Counted from the stretch's first letter, positions 48,497-58,691 are shown. The stretch: DNA of 64,000 nucleotides from an uncultured Candidatus Poseidoniales archaeon (GCA_902593945.1 CACJKA010000002.1:80807-144806), one strand, 5' to 3'. Notes: generated by a model from the letters alone, not told the origin. Numbers and translations: made by a program.

Positions 48497-49602
48497 GTGG
48501 CGTGGGACAAAGAAAAACAAAAGATGAGGTAAAGGAAGCGCTGAAAGGAATAGCTGCAGAGATGCATAACAAAATGGAAAGAGGAGTTCCTCCATCTATG
48601 ACGCTTCCAGTTAGAGCAAAAACAAATATTGGGTTTGATAATAAATTGGGTGTTTACAAATATGGTAAGAAGAAAAGTACTAGAGATGCAACAAGTCTTG
48701 GCTCGGCAAGACAGTTGTTAAGATCGTTACACGTAACTGAATTTATTGAGCAAATGATAGATTCTGGTAAGTCATCTACACTGAGAGAAATGTACTATAT
48801 TAGTGAAGCGTGGGGTCATGGAAAATTCGGCTCACAGAATGAAAGTAATAATTTGGCTGAGGATTTGGAAATTGTAACCAAATGTCTTCGTGAGGATTTT
48901 AAGTTGCGTCCTGAAGAAGATGGTGCGAGAATAATCGGTAATGTCACCTTTGAAGAAAGGAACCGGAAAGGAGATTGGATGAGGATAAATTGTAGAGATG
49001 ATGTAGGAGATTCTGGCTATGGCGTTCCATATAATGTGGAGTCAGAAAAATTAACTTTAGTTGAAGAAGATGTTGATTTCATAATGGCGATTGAAACGGG
49101 CGGTATGTTCGATAGACTTGTAGAAAATGGCTTTGATGAGGAAGCAAGATGTGCTTTAATTCATCTTAAGGGGCAACCAGCAAGGTCTACTAGAAGAATC
49201 ATGAAAAGGATGAGTCAGGAGTGGAATAAGCCAATTATTGTTTTCGCCGATTGCGATCCGTGGTCTTTTAGAATATATGCAAGTATAGCATATGGGGCTA
49301 TTAAAACCGCTCATATTTCGGAATATTTAGCGACCAAAGGGGCTCAATATTTGGGAATAACGGCAGACGATATTTTGGCTTATGATTTGCCGAGCGATGA
49401 TCTTACAAAACAGGATCTTAGCGCGTTGGATTCTGAACTAACGGATCCACGTTTTAATACGGGATACTGGAAAGATCAAATTAATTTAATGAAAGAAATT
49501 GGGAAAAAGGCTGAACAACAGTCTTTGGCAAAATATGGTCTTGATTTCGTTACAGACACATATCTGCCTGAGAAACTTAAAGAAATTGGTTTAGGTTATT
49601 AA
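48493..49602 (+). CDS. top6A: DNA topoisomerase VI subunit A (Spo11 family)
   Basis: LREMYY contains the catalytic Tyr region. The Toprim block is FIMAIETGGMFDRL ... VFADCDPWSFRI. The ATG overlaps the top6B stop (ATGA). Confidence 0.95.
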   Translation: MSGVGQRKTKDEVKEALKGIAAEMHNKMERGVPPSMTLPVRAKTNIGFDNKLGVYKYGKKKSTRDATSLGSARQLLRSLHVTEFIEQMIDSGKSSTLREMYYISEAWGHGKFGSQNESNNLAEDLEIVTKCLREDFKLRPEEDGARIIGNVTFEERNRKGDWMRINCRDDVGDSGYGVPYNVESEKLTLVEEDVDFIMAIETGGMFDRLVENGFDEEARCALIHLKGQPARSTRRIMKRMSQEWNKPIIVFADCDPWSFRIYASIAYGAIKTAHISEYLATKGAQYLGITADDILAYDLPSDDLTKQDLSALDSELTDPRFNTGYWKDQINLMKEIGKKAEQQSLAKYGLDFVTDTYLPEKLKEIGLGY

Positions 49603-49616
49603 TTGCCAAATCTGAA

Positions 49617-50429
49617 ATGTGGACCCCACTGGCTACAGTCATGATGAGTGGGGCCAAGGTCTGGGTAAAGCGCCTCACCGGTCTTTCAATAATTTTAATT
49701 TTAATTTTTGTTGCGACTTACAGTGACTCTACCGACAAAATTATTGAAAGAATGAATGTTGAAGAAAATAATTTATTGGAATTGGAAGGAGGAGCAGAAG
49801 GGGCTGTGGAATTAGAGAAATTGGGACTCTATACCGTTGTCACATTGGAAGGAAAAGAATTACTAGAGAATGAAATTAAATTAGTAAATCAAGAAGGTAA
49901 AGAAATTGAAGGCGTAGTGCCCAATTCGATTGAAAAAATGAATAAAAGACCCGATTCAAGTGGTAAGTTAGTTTATGTTCCTGTAATGATTTTTGACGTT
50001 CCCGAAAATGCGGAATATCAATTGCTTAATGAAGGAAATAATACACTATGGATTCTAGATGATTTAGAAATACAATCTAGTTTAATTTCAGACACTACAA
50101 TATTGGTCTCAATGCTTAGTTGTTGTTTGGGATTCCCTCTAGGGATAATTGCATTAATTGGCGGATTATTAGTCTGGAGAAAGAAGAATAAGCCACAACA
50201 AAAATTATTGATTAAAGAAGAAATAATGACCACCGATCAATTGTTTAAACAATATAATTCAACTGTTAAAGAAGATGTTCCCGCTCCTTTTGTAGATTTG
50301 GAAAAAGTAACTACAAGCGATTTGCTAGATGATAAGGTTTCATCGAACGGCATGGGAGGTCATGGAGAGGAAGATGATGACAATAATCAACAAAGTGCAA
50401 AATGGAAAAATTGGGACGATGGAGATTAA
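49617..50429 (+). CDS. Hypothetical membrane protein (two TM helices, acidic C-terminus)
   Basis: N-terminal TM LSIILILIFVA; second TM ILVSMLSCCLGFPLGIIALIGGLLVW; no recognised motif. Confidence 0.5.
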   Translation: MWTPLATVMMSGAKVWVKRLTGLSIILILIFVATYSDSTDKIIERMNVEENNLLELEGGAEGAVELEKLGLYTVVTLEGKELLENEIKLVNQEGKEIEGVVPNSIEKMNKRPDSSGKLVYVPVMIFDVPENAEYQLLNEGNNTLWILDDLEIQSSLISDTTILVSMLSCCLGFPLGIIALIGGLLVWRKKNKPQQKLLIKEEIMTTDQLFKQYNSTVKEDVPAPFVDLEKVTTSDLLDDKVSSNGMGGHGEEDDDNNQQSAKWKNWDDGD

Positions 50430-50512
50430 TAAAAACGCCCTTTCTCACTTTGATATAATTAAATGGGTTTTTAGATAGCCCATGACTACCCAACTTTGAG
50501 TTGGTAAGTGGC

Positions 50513-51247
50513 ATGGACTTCGATGAGGCGATGACTATTCTAGAAAATAGGGCTAGAAGGAGTATCTTACAACACCTGGTAAAGGAGCCTCATTACCCAT
50601 TACAACTGTCTGAATTATTGGAAATAAGTCAACAAGCTGTGATGAAGCACATTAAGGTCTTAGAAAAAGCAGGTTTTATTGAGGCAGAGGTTGTTCCTTC
50701 AGAAAAAGGAGGGCCTCCCAAAAAAATGTATAAAGTAAACCAGTCATTTTCCTTAAGACTTGACTTGGGACCAGAATTGTTCAAAGCGGAACATCGAACT
50801 ATTCCTGCTGGCGGGCCGATGAGACTATCGAATAAATTGCCTCCAGAATTAGATTCTGTAATAGATAGTTTAGGGACTAGGAGGGAGATATCAATGTCTG
50901 AAGCAATGGATATTTTATCGAGATTAGATTCCTCTCTAGAAAAAATAGATCAACAAAGAGATGCAATCATTGCCTTGCATCAACAAATAATGATGAAGAC
51001 ATCAAAAGAAGTTACAAAAAATGCTGAGTCGTATGAAGAGAGAATTATGGCTAGAGAAATGATGACTCAGCCGAGAAGACCATTAGACCTAGATATATTC
51101 TCACAAAATCTAAGAATTCAAGAGTCTCAGGCCGAGGATATTATGGAAAATATACGAAATAGGTTGATGAAAGATTTTGTAATAAACAACGATAACTTCG
51201 TTTCTGCTGACAAGGATACTCCGCTTCCTTGGTGGCTAATTAAATAA
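50513..51247 (+). CDS. ArsR-type winged-helix transcriptional regulator with a long C-terminal helical domain
   Basis: RRSILQHLVKEPHYPLQLSELLEISQQAVMKHIKVLEKAGFIE is an ArsR/SmtB-type HTH. First ATG at 50513 (the ORF track starts at TTG 50501). Confidence 0.75.
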   Translation: MDFDEAMTILENRARRSILQHLVKEPHYPLQLSELLEISQQAVMKHIKVLEKAGFIEAEVVPSEKGGPPKKMYKVNQSFSLRLDLGPELFKAEHRTIPAGGPMRLSNKLPPELDSVIDSLGTRREISMSEAMDILSRLDSSLEKIDQQRDAIIALHQQIMMKTSKEVTKNAESYEERIMAREMMTQPRRPLDLDIFSQNLRIQESQAEDIMENIRNRLMKDFVINNDNFVSADKDTPLPWWLIK

Positions 51248-51267
51248 CCAAATATTTCAAATATTAT

Positions 51268-54200
51268 TCAAAACTGTGTATCAGAGTCATCATCAAGATT
51301 GGCCATCATACTACTCTTTTCTGCAAATCTATCCAATGCTTCCATCCTTCTGCCGTACATAACTACTCCAGCAACTGCAATTAATGCAAATGTCGCTCCA
51401 AGTATTATTGCTGGAACAGAATATCTAGCTACAATTTCCACACCTACATCTAAAATCCCGTTATTTGAGCCCATATCTCCTGCAGACACGAAATTATTTT
51501 TCTCGTCTGTCTCAACAATAATGTTCTCCGGATCTACTACTACTACTACTTCATGTGTTCCTGCCTCAACTAAGTAAAGTAATGTGATAAGTGGTGGCTC
51601 ATCATCTGAAGATGTGGGCATGATTGCTTCAATCAATTGCCTATATGCTACGTTTTCTTCGGCGCAACCGTTTTTCTTAATCGAACTAACAGATTGTCCC
51701 ACGCACAAAATAACATTCACATCTGTTGCATGAGAATTACCATCATTCAAAATTGAAACTGTTACTGAAAGCATGTCTCCAATCTCTCCTTTACGGGTTC
51801 CTACATCGACTGTCGAAATCTGTAAATCTGGAGCCCTTAGTCTTAATTCTAAGACTTGTTCATTGGTATCACAATTCGGACGGTAATTATCGGGGAAACC
51901 GTCGCCATTCATATCAATTGTACAAGAATCTTCCCAAATTGCTGTTTCATCGAAATCTCCGCCTGATAACGAGTCTCCGAAGCTTGATTTTAATTTGATT
52001 CCAATCTCTCTATCTGCTAAAGCGGCGGTAGGGTCGATTGTAACTATTGCAACTAACTGTAATGTAGTGTATGAAGGCATGACTGGAAGTGTTATTCGTC
52101 CTTTAGAATCCTTGTAACAGGTGTCTGTTGGAAGAGGATCGCCCTGCATCAATACTACACAAGGACGTTCGATTGGATATTCTGAGCCAAAGCCTTCTAG
52201 CAATGCATAATCGATTCTCCATGAGCTAAGGGCATTCAAACCCGGAGCCGAGTCCCAGCCCGCACCGTCCATTGTGTGGTTATGTACAGTAGGTTGATCT
52301 GCAACGTTACCAAAGTTTGTCACGTTCATAGTAAACCTGACTACCCTGCCTGGGGCGGTTGTCTTGATTCTGCTTTCAACCGTTGGATCGACTGTGATTC
52401 TCATATCATGGAATTCCACTACCTCTACTTGTAATGTGACTAAGTCTCTAAGTTTGGTTCCTTCAAACGATTCTTCACTGTATATTTCTATTACTATTGT
52501 ATATTGGCCAGCCAATGTCTCTTCTGGAACATTTATCATAAGAGGGATTTGTTGAGATTCATCTCTATCTAATTCTTGGAAAAGAATTCTCGGTATTACT
52601 ATGTCCCAAACATCGGAGTTTCCATCTTGATCGACGATAGAGCCTACTGCCATATCATAGCGATCGGCCCCATTTCCTGTGTTCTGTATAATAGTGTCAA
52701 GTTGATACTCTTGTCCCGGATATAGTGAAAGTATAGTCTCAGTACTTGCTTCTAAATCGTATCTTTGAATTACATTAGTTACAAGAACTACTGAATCTCT
52801 AACTTTAGGCGCTCCATCTAATGTTGCTTTAACGGTTACAGAATCTCCAATTCCTGCTGTTGCATTATACGGCGCACACATCTCTGCAGTAACTGTTCTT
52901 GGAGCGTCTACTGTCCAATAACGAGGAGTTTCTTGGGGTATACTATTCCCTCCTGGTGCCTCTGAAAAATCAAGATTTACGGTCCAATGATCAAATCGCC
53001 ATGTTTGATCTGAAACCCCTTCTGGTTTCTCTTCAGGCCCGCCAGGTGTTGTAAATACTAAATGACCTGGGGTGAAATTCTTCGTAACTTCAATATCAAA
53101 TTCTGAACATTCACCCGGTAAAACATGCATTGTAGTTTCGCCTAATTGGAATACAATATTTCCAGTACTCTTGATGGATACATTGACCCACAGTTCGAGA
53201 ATATCAAATGTCCCTTTATCTACAGACAATACTGGTTCGCCTGTTGACCATCCTTTCAAGTAAATCACAAACGTACCTGGTTCTTGAGATGTAGGTACAT
53301 CAATTTGTAAATTTCTAGTCATTGATTGGCCCGGATCTAAAGATAAAGATGTTGGGAAAGTCACTCCCCAACCGAAAGGCAAAGCCCATTCCGTTTGTCC
53401 TTCAAGTGTTGTTGGGTCATAGAAGGCAAACGTATCATATACATTCCCAGTATTTGTTATCGATATTGAGAACGTCGCCTGCTGACCTTGTTCAACATCT
53501 GCTTGGAAATGGCTAGTGTCTAACTCAATTCCGTGAACTACGTCCATTAATGTGAGAGTAATGGCTTCATCTCTAATTGCTGGATCTTTGTAAGATATTG
53601 CTGTAACTTTGATAGTTGCTAATTCATCATGGTGTGCCTGATATATTGAAGGTGCTCTGACTCTCATGTACAAATTAAGACTCTCTCCTCCCTGCAAAGA
53701 CACAGGGGTTGAATCAAAAATAGGAGTATGGTTACTGGCAAAGAATATACTAGCACTCCAATTGGTTGGAACGCCTTCGACTGCTAATGAAAATATGTCT
53801 GAAACTAAATCGGCTGGACCAGGAGTTGGATTGGATATCGACATGTTGTAAGTAGTCTGCTCACTAGGTTCAATAGTATGATAGAATGTTTCATCTTCAG
53901 CTAGTGAAACGTCAACCAAACCTGTAAGGATATGAACGTAACAAAGTGTGTACACTCCGCCATTATTTTCATCGCTACATTTGTTAGTATCGGACCAAGC
54001 AACATGAGCACCACTACCCATATCGTTGGCGAAAGCAGGGGGTTGGCCTAATTCAGGAAGAGCAGGGGAGTTAGGCCCTAATTTATCTGATTGCCATTCA
54101 GTTATAGGAAGTAATTCCCAAGGGTCAAAAATTGCGGAAGCAATAGAATTCAGAGGGAAACCTGCTGGATAGTCATTATTTGTATGATTCAGACGAGTGT

Positions 54201-56346
54201 ACATCAAAGTTTCACCCTGAGAACCGTTGTAATTATCTAACCAAGTTAAATGGACATTATCAAATGAATCTGTTAAAATTGATGGCATGTGAGAGTTTGC
54301 TCCAAACGGACGATCGGGAGCTAAACCTTCGTAACCTTCGACATTAGATATTGCTGCGTCAGAGATTTGCTTAATTGCATATGATGGTAGTCCTTCACTA
54401 ACTCCATCCCATGCTCCTGCCGAACTCAAACGTAAACGCGTATAGTAAATCTCGTAATTTACATCAATTTCGAATCCGTACGCTCTTCCATCCATCCAAG
54501 TTACATGTGTGTTTCCTGAATTATCAATTGCTATTGCGGGATGTAAACTGTAGGCATCATTAAGCGTAACTCTAGTATCATTTACTACTACTAAATGGCC
54601 ATAACCAAGTGCGTCAGGAGATGCACCTAGGTCTTCGATATATCTGTCTGCTGCTTGATCAACAAATGTACCTGAATCTCCTTTTTGCCAGCCAGGCCAT
54701 GGAGATTCAAGAAGAGTTAGTGGATCTAAAACCGTCAAGAAAATTTCTCTTGAGTTATTTGTGGACAAGTATACTAATGCCTCAACCATTAGTTGCATCT
54801 CTGCTAAATTAGCCGAAGTTGTTGGGAAGCTATACATCATTCCTTCGGCGTTGGTTAATGCAAGAGTTGCTCCGTTACATGTTCTAGCGTTCAAACTTGT
54901 AAAACCATTCGGACACTGTGCTAAATCCATCATATGTGATCCTACATCTGTAGAACCGCTACCGAATCCCGCTGCTAAAAGAGGAATTGGAATTATTCCT
55001 GCTGTAACACAAGCATTGTGCGCTTCAAGGATTGATTGGGTATCGTCTGCATCTGTAGCAGGGTCCCCACCATAAGGCCCTTCATCGGAAATTGGGATTA
55101 CTATCTTGGTAGCATTAGGGTTCCATTTGTGATCAAGAACCGTAGGTGGGTTTCCAGGGACGTTTCCTTGATTATCGTGCCATGACATGCATGCCCATGT
55201 GGAAGCAGGACCCCAGAACTCACTATAGTAACCACCATCTTGTGGCAAATCGATTGCTCCATTGGCATAGACTACTTCTGTTAATTCTCTAATGCCGCCA
55301 GAATCGTCATTTGGTTGTAGTCCTAAGGAAGTAGTGCGCGGACCTTGATTGCCGCTTCCTCCTGTTGCATATGCTGTAGCACAATTACCGCTAGTCGCTG
55401 CGGATGGCCAGTTTCCACTCAGAGCATAGAGCGTTTCGTAAACAGTCATATTTGCTCTTTCTAACATTGGTTTCAAACCTTCGAATTGATAACCGCTAGC
55501 AAAAGAGCCCCCATAGAAAACCGCACACATATCGGCCCATTCGGCGTTCATTGAACCTGATGTATCAATAGGAACAACCATCTCTACTTTTCCGCCGCGC
55601 GTATCATCCCATACTACTTGGACGAAATCATCCAAATCCACAGCTACATCCGGGTGTCCTTTGTGACCGATAATTGGAGTTAGTAGTGTTTCATCGACCG
55701 CTATTATTGCAGTTCTTGCGACTACGTCGGCTTCAATCATTGCATAGTAAATTTGAGGTTGTTGGAAATACTTATCCAATGGCTCATAAGAATCTTCCCA
55801 GACAATATGTGCATTGGACTGAGAGTCAACATCAATTGCTGGCCAGTCTCTGTTTTGAGTGTGGCGAGAAACTGTAAAATCATCAATTACTGAAATTGAT
55901 GCGTCAATTGCCACTCCTCCATCGAGATCATCTTGAGTGGGGTCTATTACTGTGTATTTGATAGCCCAGTTGCCAGTTCTATCTGCCCAAACAATATGCG
56001 CCCTATCATTATCATCGATTGCAATATCTGGATGCCAGGCTCTACTTTGTCCTGCATTAGAAATCTGAGTTTCGTCAATTAAAGTCTCACCTCGGGCATC
56101 GACCAATTTGTAATACAGATGCTGGGTGTTTCTACTCCAAACAAAATGTACGTTGCCTTCCGAATCTGAATCTAAAGCTACCATCCTATCATTTTGGCTT
56201 CCGCCATTAACAATTTGCACCGCGTCCGTGAGTACTACCTCACTAGCGGCTACCTGTGGAGCTGCCATTGAAACAAATACTCCCATTACCATCAATGTAA
56301 CCATCATTACGCTACTTCTCATCTTATTTCTATCCATAGAACTCAC
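51268..56346 (-). CDS. Giant (1692 aa) secreted surface protein with four parts: a repeated H-x-V-W-x-D blade-like motif, an inserted vWA-like domain, several CARDB/NEW3-like beta-sandwich domains, and a C-terminal TM anchor
   Basis: Signal peptide MVTLMVMGVFVSMAAPQVAASE. Seven motif copies: NVHFVWS, RAHIVWAD, NAHIVWED, FVQVVWDD, NTHVTWMD, NVHLTWLD, GAHVAWSD. MIDAS-like VVPIDTSGSMN plus ISDEGP. CARDB-like ITNTGNVYDTF, IQNTGNGADRY, VTNFGNVADQ, ILNDGNSHATDV. TM helix AIILGATFALIAVAGVVMYGRR. Confidence 0.85.
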   Translation of the reverse strand: MSSMDRNKMRSSVMMVTLMVMGVFVSMAAPQVAASEVVLTDAVQIVNGGSQNDRMVALDSDSEGNVHFVWSRNTQHLYYKLVDARGETLIDETQISNAGQSRAWHPDIAIDDNDRAHIVWADRTGNWAIKYTVIDPTQDDLDGGVAIDASISVIDDFTVSRHTQNRDWPAIDVDSQSNAHIVWEDSYEPLDKYFQQPQIYYAMIEADVVARTAIIAVDETLLTPIIGHKGHPDVAVDLDDFVQVVWDDTRGGKVEMVVPIDTSGSMNAEWADMCAVFYGGSFASGYQFEGLKPMLERANMTVYETLYALSGNWPSAATSGNCATAYATGGSGNQGPRTTSLGLQPNDDSGGIRELTEVVYANGAIDLPQDGGYYSEFWGPASTWACMSWHDNQGNVPGNPPTVLDHKWNPNATKIVIPISDEGPYGGDPATDADDTQSILEAHNACVTAGIIPIPLLAAGFGSGSTDVGSHMMDLAQCPNGFTSLNARTCNGATLALTNAEGMMYSFPTTSANLAEMQLMVEALVYLSTNNSREIFLTVLDPLTLLESPWPGWQKGDSGTFVDQAADRYIEDLGASPDALGYGHLVVVNDTRVTLNDAYSLHPAIAIDNSGNTHVTWMDGRAYGFEIDVNYEIYYTRLRLSSAGAWDGVSEGLPSYAIKQISDAAISNVEGYEGLAPDRPFGANSHMPSILTDSFDNVHLTWLDNYNGSQGETLMYTRLNHTNNDYPAGFPLNSIASAIFDPWELLPITEWQSDKLGPNSPALPELGQPPAFANDMGSGAHVAWSDTNKCSDENNGGVYTLCYVHILTGLVDVSLAEDETFYHTIEPSEQTTYNMSISNPTPGPADLVSDIFSLAVEGVPTNWSASIFFASNHTPIFDSTPVSLQGGESLNLYMRVRAPSIYQAHHDELATIKVTAISYKDPAIRDEAITLTLMDVVHGIELDTSHFQADVEQGQQATFSISITNTGNVYDTFAFYDPTTLEGQTEWALPFGWGVTFPTSLSLDPGQSMTRNLQIDVPTSQEPGTFVIYLKGWSTGEPVLSVDKGTFDILELWVNVSIKSTGNIVFQLGETTMHVLPGECSEFDIEVTKNFTPGHLVFTTPGGPEEKPEGVSDQTWRFDHWTVNLDFSEAPGGNSIPQETPRYWTVDAPRTVTAEMCAPYNATAGIGDSVTVKATLDGAPKVRDSVVLVTNVIQRYDLEASTETILSLYPGQEYQLDTIIQNTGNGADRYDMAVGSIVDQDGNSDVWDIVIPRILFQELDRDESQQIPLMINVPEETLAGQYTIVIEIYSEESFEGTKLRDLVTLQVEVVEFHDMRITVDPTVESRIKTTAPGRVVRFTMNVTNFGNVADQPTVHNHTMDGAGWDSAPGLNALSSWRIDYALLEGFGSEYPIERPCVVLMQGDPLPTDTCYKDSKGRITLPVMPSYTTLQLVAIVTIDPTAALADREIGIKLKSSFGDSLSGGDFDETAIWEDSCTIDMNGDGFPDNYRPNCDTNEQVLELRLRAPDLQISTVDVGTRKGEIGDMLSVTVSILNDGNSHATDVNVILCVGQSVSSIKKNGCAEENVAYRQLIEAIMPTSSDDEPPLITLLYLVEAGTHEVVVVVDPENIIVETDEKNNFVSAGDMGSNNGILDVGVEIVARYSVPAIILGATFALIAVAGVVMYGRRMEALDRFAEKSSMMANLDDDSDTQF

Positions 56347-56428
56347 CTCAGCATATGCTGTAACATGTTAATTTGAACATACACTATACTTAACCTCGAC
56401 CCTTACAGGTCATTTTGAAAATACACTA

Positions 56429-57061
56429 TTAAGCCCACTCGTCTCTATCAAAACTGCGTCCAAAATCGCCGGTTTCATCGAAATTTATATCCATTCTTTC
56501 CTGCTCCACCTTTTTTCCTCGTGGGTTTTTATTCGACTTTTTATTGGACCAATCATCTACTGGCCCTGGCTTTCCTGTTCCCGGGCCATAACCAAACTTT
56601 ATTTTATGAATTAACGATAATTTTGTTAGCCAAACTTTCCTCATTGTATGCATGAATTCATTCTGTGTCAAACCATCAAACCAAATAGGCCTAGAGAGAT
56701 TAAATGCTTGAAGGGGGCCTGTTTCTTTCTTTTCCTTTTTCCCTATATGAAGGACCCAATCTAAATTTGCCTGGGTCAACAGTATTCTAGTTTCATGGAG
56801 CCATGATTCCCACTCATGCGAATCCATAGAATAATGTTTTTTCATTTCTAATTGTTGTCCTTCGTCAACTCTGGTTATTGAATAAACTAAAACTAAATTT
56901 CTATTCTTGGGGATTACAACGTTAAATAAATGCGCTGCTTTCGTTGGAGGATACCGTACATGAAGGTGTAGGAAGTTCTGATTGTCTTCTACTTCTCGTG
57001 TTTCCAGTTTTTCACTGGTAAGCCATTTCCTGATCTCATTGGCTGCCGTGGTTGCATCCAT
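56429..57061 (-). CDS. Hypothetical protein (210 aa)
   Basis: ATG start, 20 nt downstream of the acyltransferase gene on the same strand. Basic Gly/Lys-rich C-terminal region. No recognised motif. Confidence 0.55.
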   Translation of the reverse strand: MDATTAANEIRKWLTSEKLETREVEDNQNFLHLHVRYPPTKAAHLFNVVIPKNRNLVLVYSITRVDEGQQLEMKKHYSMDSHEWESWLHETRILLTQANLDWVLHIGKKEKKETGPLQAFNLSRPIWFDGLTQNEFMHTMRKVWLTKLSLIHKIKFGYGPGTGKPGPVDDWSNKKSNKNPRGKKVEQERMDINFDETGDFGRSFDRDEWA

Positions 57062-57081
57062 AGTCGCTGTTTACAGTCAAC

Positions 57082-58635
57082 CTATTTGAGAAGTCCTAAT
57101 TGAATATTCAGTTTTTTAATTAAAATATTAAATTCTTGTCCGGCCGCAGATTTAGAAAATTTACTTATTTTCACTGTGTTTCTATAATTTGTCCACAAAT
57201 CATACCCAGATAAAAATAATAAAGAAGAAATATAGAATACAAATATTATTGAAATGAAAGACAGTAATGCTTGAAGAGAAAGGAATGGATATTGTAGAAC
57301 AGAATCGTACCATTGGAGAACTTCCTGAGGAGGCGTTGCAGGAGATGTTGTGCTCGAAAGGAATGTGATCACAAGAGAGGTAAACGGCCAAAAAATAACT
57401 GGAGAAAACATACCGGCTAACAAAAAGTATGTTGTTCTTGCATCCAGACCTTCATCACTCTTTTCTACCATATAGCGGGCAAGGATAGATTGAACTCCTG
57501 AGCCAATAATTACAGGTATGGATGTTGCGGCCATCAATAATAATCCTATTAATCCAGTAAAAAATGTTGAAATCCTTGTTTTCTTTAATTGTTGATTTTT
57601 ATCTATAGCACTGGAATCTAAATTGTTTAAATTTAATATCTCGGCCGCTTCTTTTGCTGGCGAAATTAAATCTTGATAATGTGTGTTTTGCTTTGTTTCT
57701 TCTCTAATGTGCCTTGTAGCATGTACTTCTTGACTGAGAGTTTTTAGTGGGTTCTTCTCATAATTAGCCTTTAGATGAGCAATTAATATCCAAGCACGAT
57801 AAGTTTCCCAGTCTGGAGCCTCGGGAGTCAAGGGAGATAACTTATGATACATTTCCTCTTTCAATTCATTAACGGCAGAAGCGGGTGGCTCAATCCATTC
57901 ACCGTTTGCCAATCGAGAAGATTGGTCATCATCAAAAACTTGCTTTATTTCAATTGGATTTGTGTATTCAACATAGCTCTTGGTTCTAAACCAATAATGT
58001 CTTTCCCAATGAAGGCCTGTTGGCTGAATTACAGGAGCAGGTAAGCCTCTTTTTTTTGCTATCGCTGCAGATACTAAAGCAGCTCTTGCCGCTCCGGTTC
58101 TCAAAGCATGTAATTTGGAATCTTGGTGAGATTTCCCTTCTGGCATTATCACAGCACCGTGGCCGCCTGCCAAACAATTAGCAATTGTCAACATACTTCT
58201 ATCGTTTATTTTCCTAGCAAAATTTTCGTCTGTTAAACCCGCTTCTACTTCTGCTTTTCTCAGAACTGGTTGGGCTCCATTTCTCCTAGACCACCACCCA
58301 ATGACTGGCCCAGTTATGAGATCATGACGTCCTAAAGATATGATTCTCTTTTCTTGTGTTATTATCATTAAAGTTGGATCGACTAAGCCGTTGATATGGG
58401 TTGCTACCGATATTCTACCTCCCTTATTAGAAGGAATTTTATCAGATTCAAATTTTCTAAATATAATTGATTTACCTACATTGATCATTAATCTTAATAG
58501 ATGGCTAAAGAGTTTGTTGCCAGGATGTTGTCCAGTGTGGTTATATGGTGCTTTTTCTAATTTCTTAATATTGATTTTATGTGCTGCCGCCGATAACTCC
58601 GGCAGAATTTCGGGGGCGCTATCCGAATCGTTCAC
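57082..58635 (-). CDS. Membrane-anchored lysophospholipid/glycerol-phosphate acyltransferase family protein (PlsC/LPLAT-like)
   Basis: Block I ATHINGLVDP (His...Asp), block II LGRHDL, block III IMPEGKSH (compare FPEG), and PVIQPTGLHW. The C-terminal third holds 3-4 TM helices. GTG start. Confidence 0.75.
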   Translation of the reverse strand: MNDSDSAPEILPELSAAAHKINIKKLEKAPYNHTGQHPGNKLFSHLLRLMINVGKSIIFRKFESDKIPSNKGGRISVATHINGLVDPTLMIITQEKRIISLGRHDLITGPVIGWWSRRNGAQPVLRKAEVEAGLTDENFARKINDRSMLTIANCLAGGHGAVIMPEGKSHQDSKLHALRTGAARAALVSAAIAKKRGLPAPVIQPTGLHWERHYWFRTKSYVEYTNPIEIKQVFDDDQSSRLANGEWIEPPASAVNELKEEMYHKLSPLTPEAPDWETYRAWILIAHLKANYEKNPLKTLSQEVHATRHIREETKQNTHYQDLISPAKEAAEILNLNNLDSSAIDKNQQLKKTRISTFFTGLIGLLLMAATSIPVIIGSGVQSILARYMVEKSDEGLDARTTYFLLAGMFSPVIFWPFTSLVITFLSSTTSPATPPQEVLQWYDSVLQYPFLSLQALLSFISIIFVFYISSLLFLSGYDLWTNYRNTVKISKFSKSAAGQEFNILIKKLNIQLGLLK

Positions 58636-58691
58636 AGCGCTGCGGAGCGGTTAGAGGTTGAGAACACATCGGTTAATTTAGGAAAAATGAT

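Noticed and set aside
51268-51440. PGF-CTERM/archaeosortase sorting signal at the C-terminus of the 1692-aa protein
   Set aside because: There is no PGF tripeptide. The TM helix is followed by an acidic tail of about 30 aa rather than a short basic terminus, so it is more likely a conventional TM anchor.
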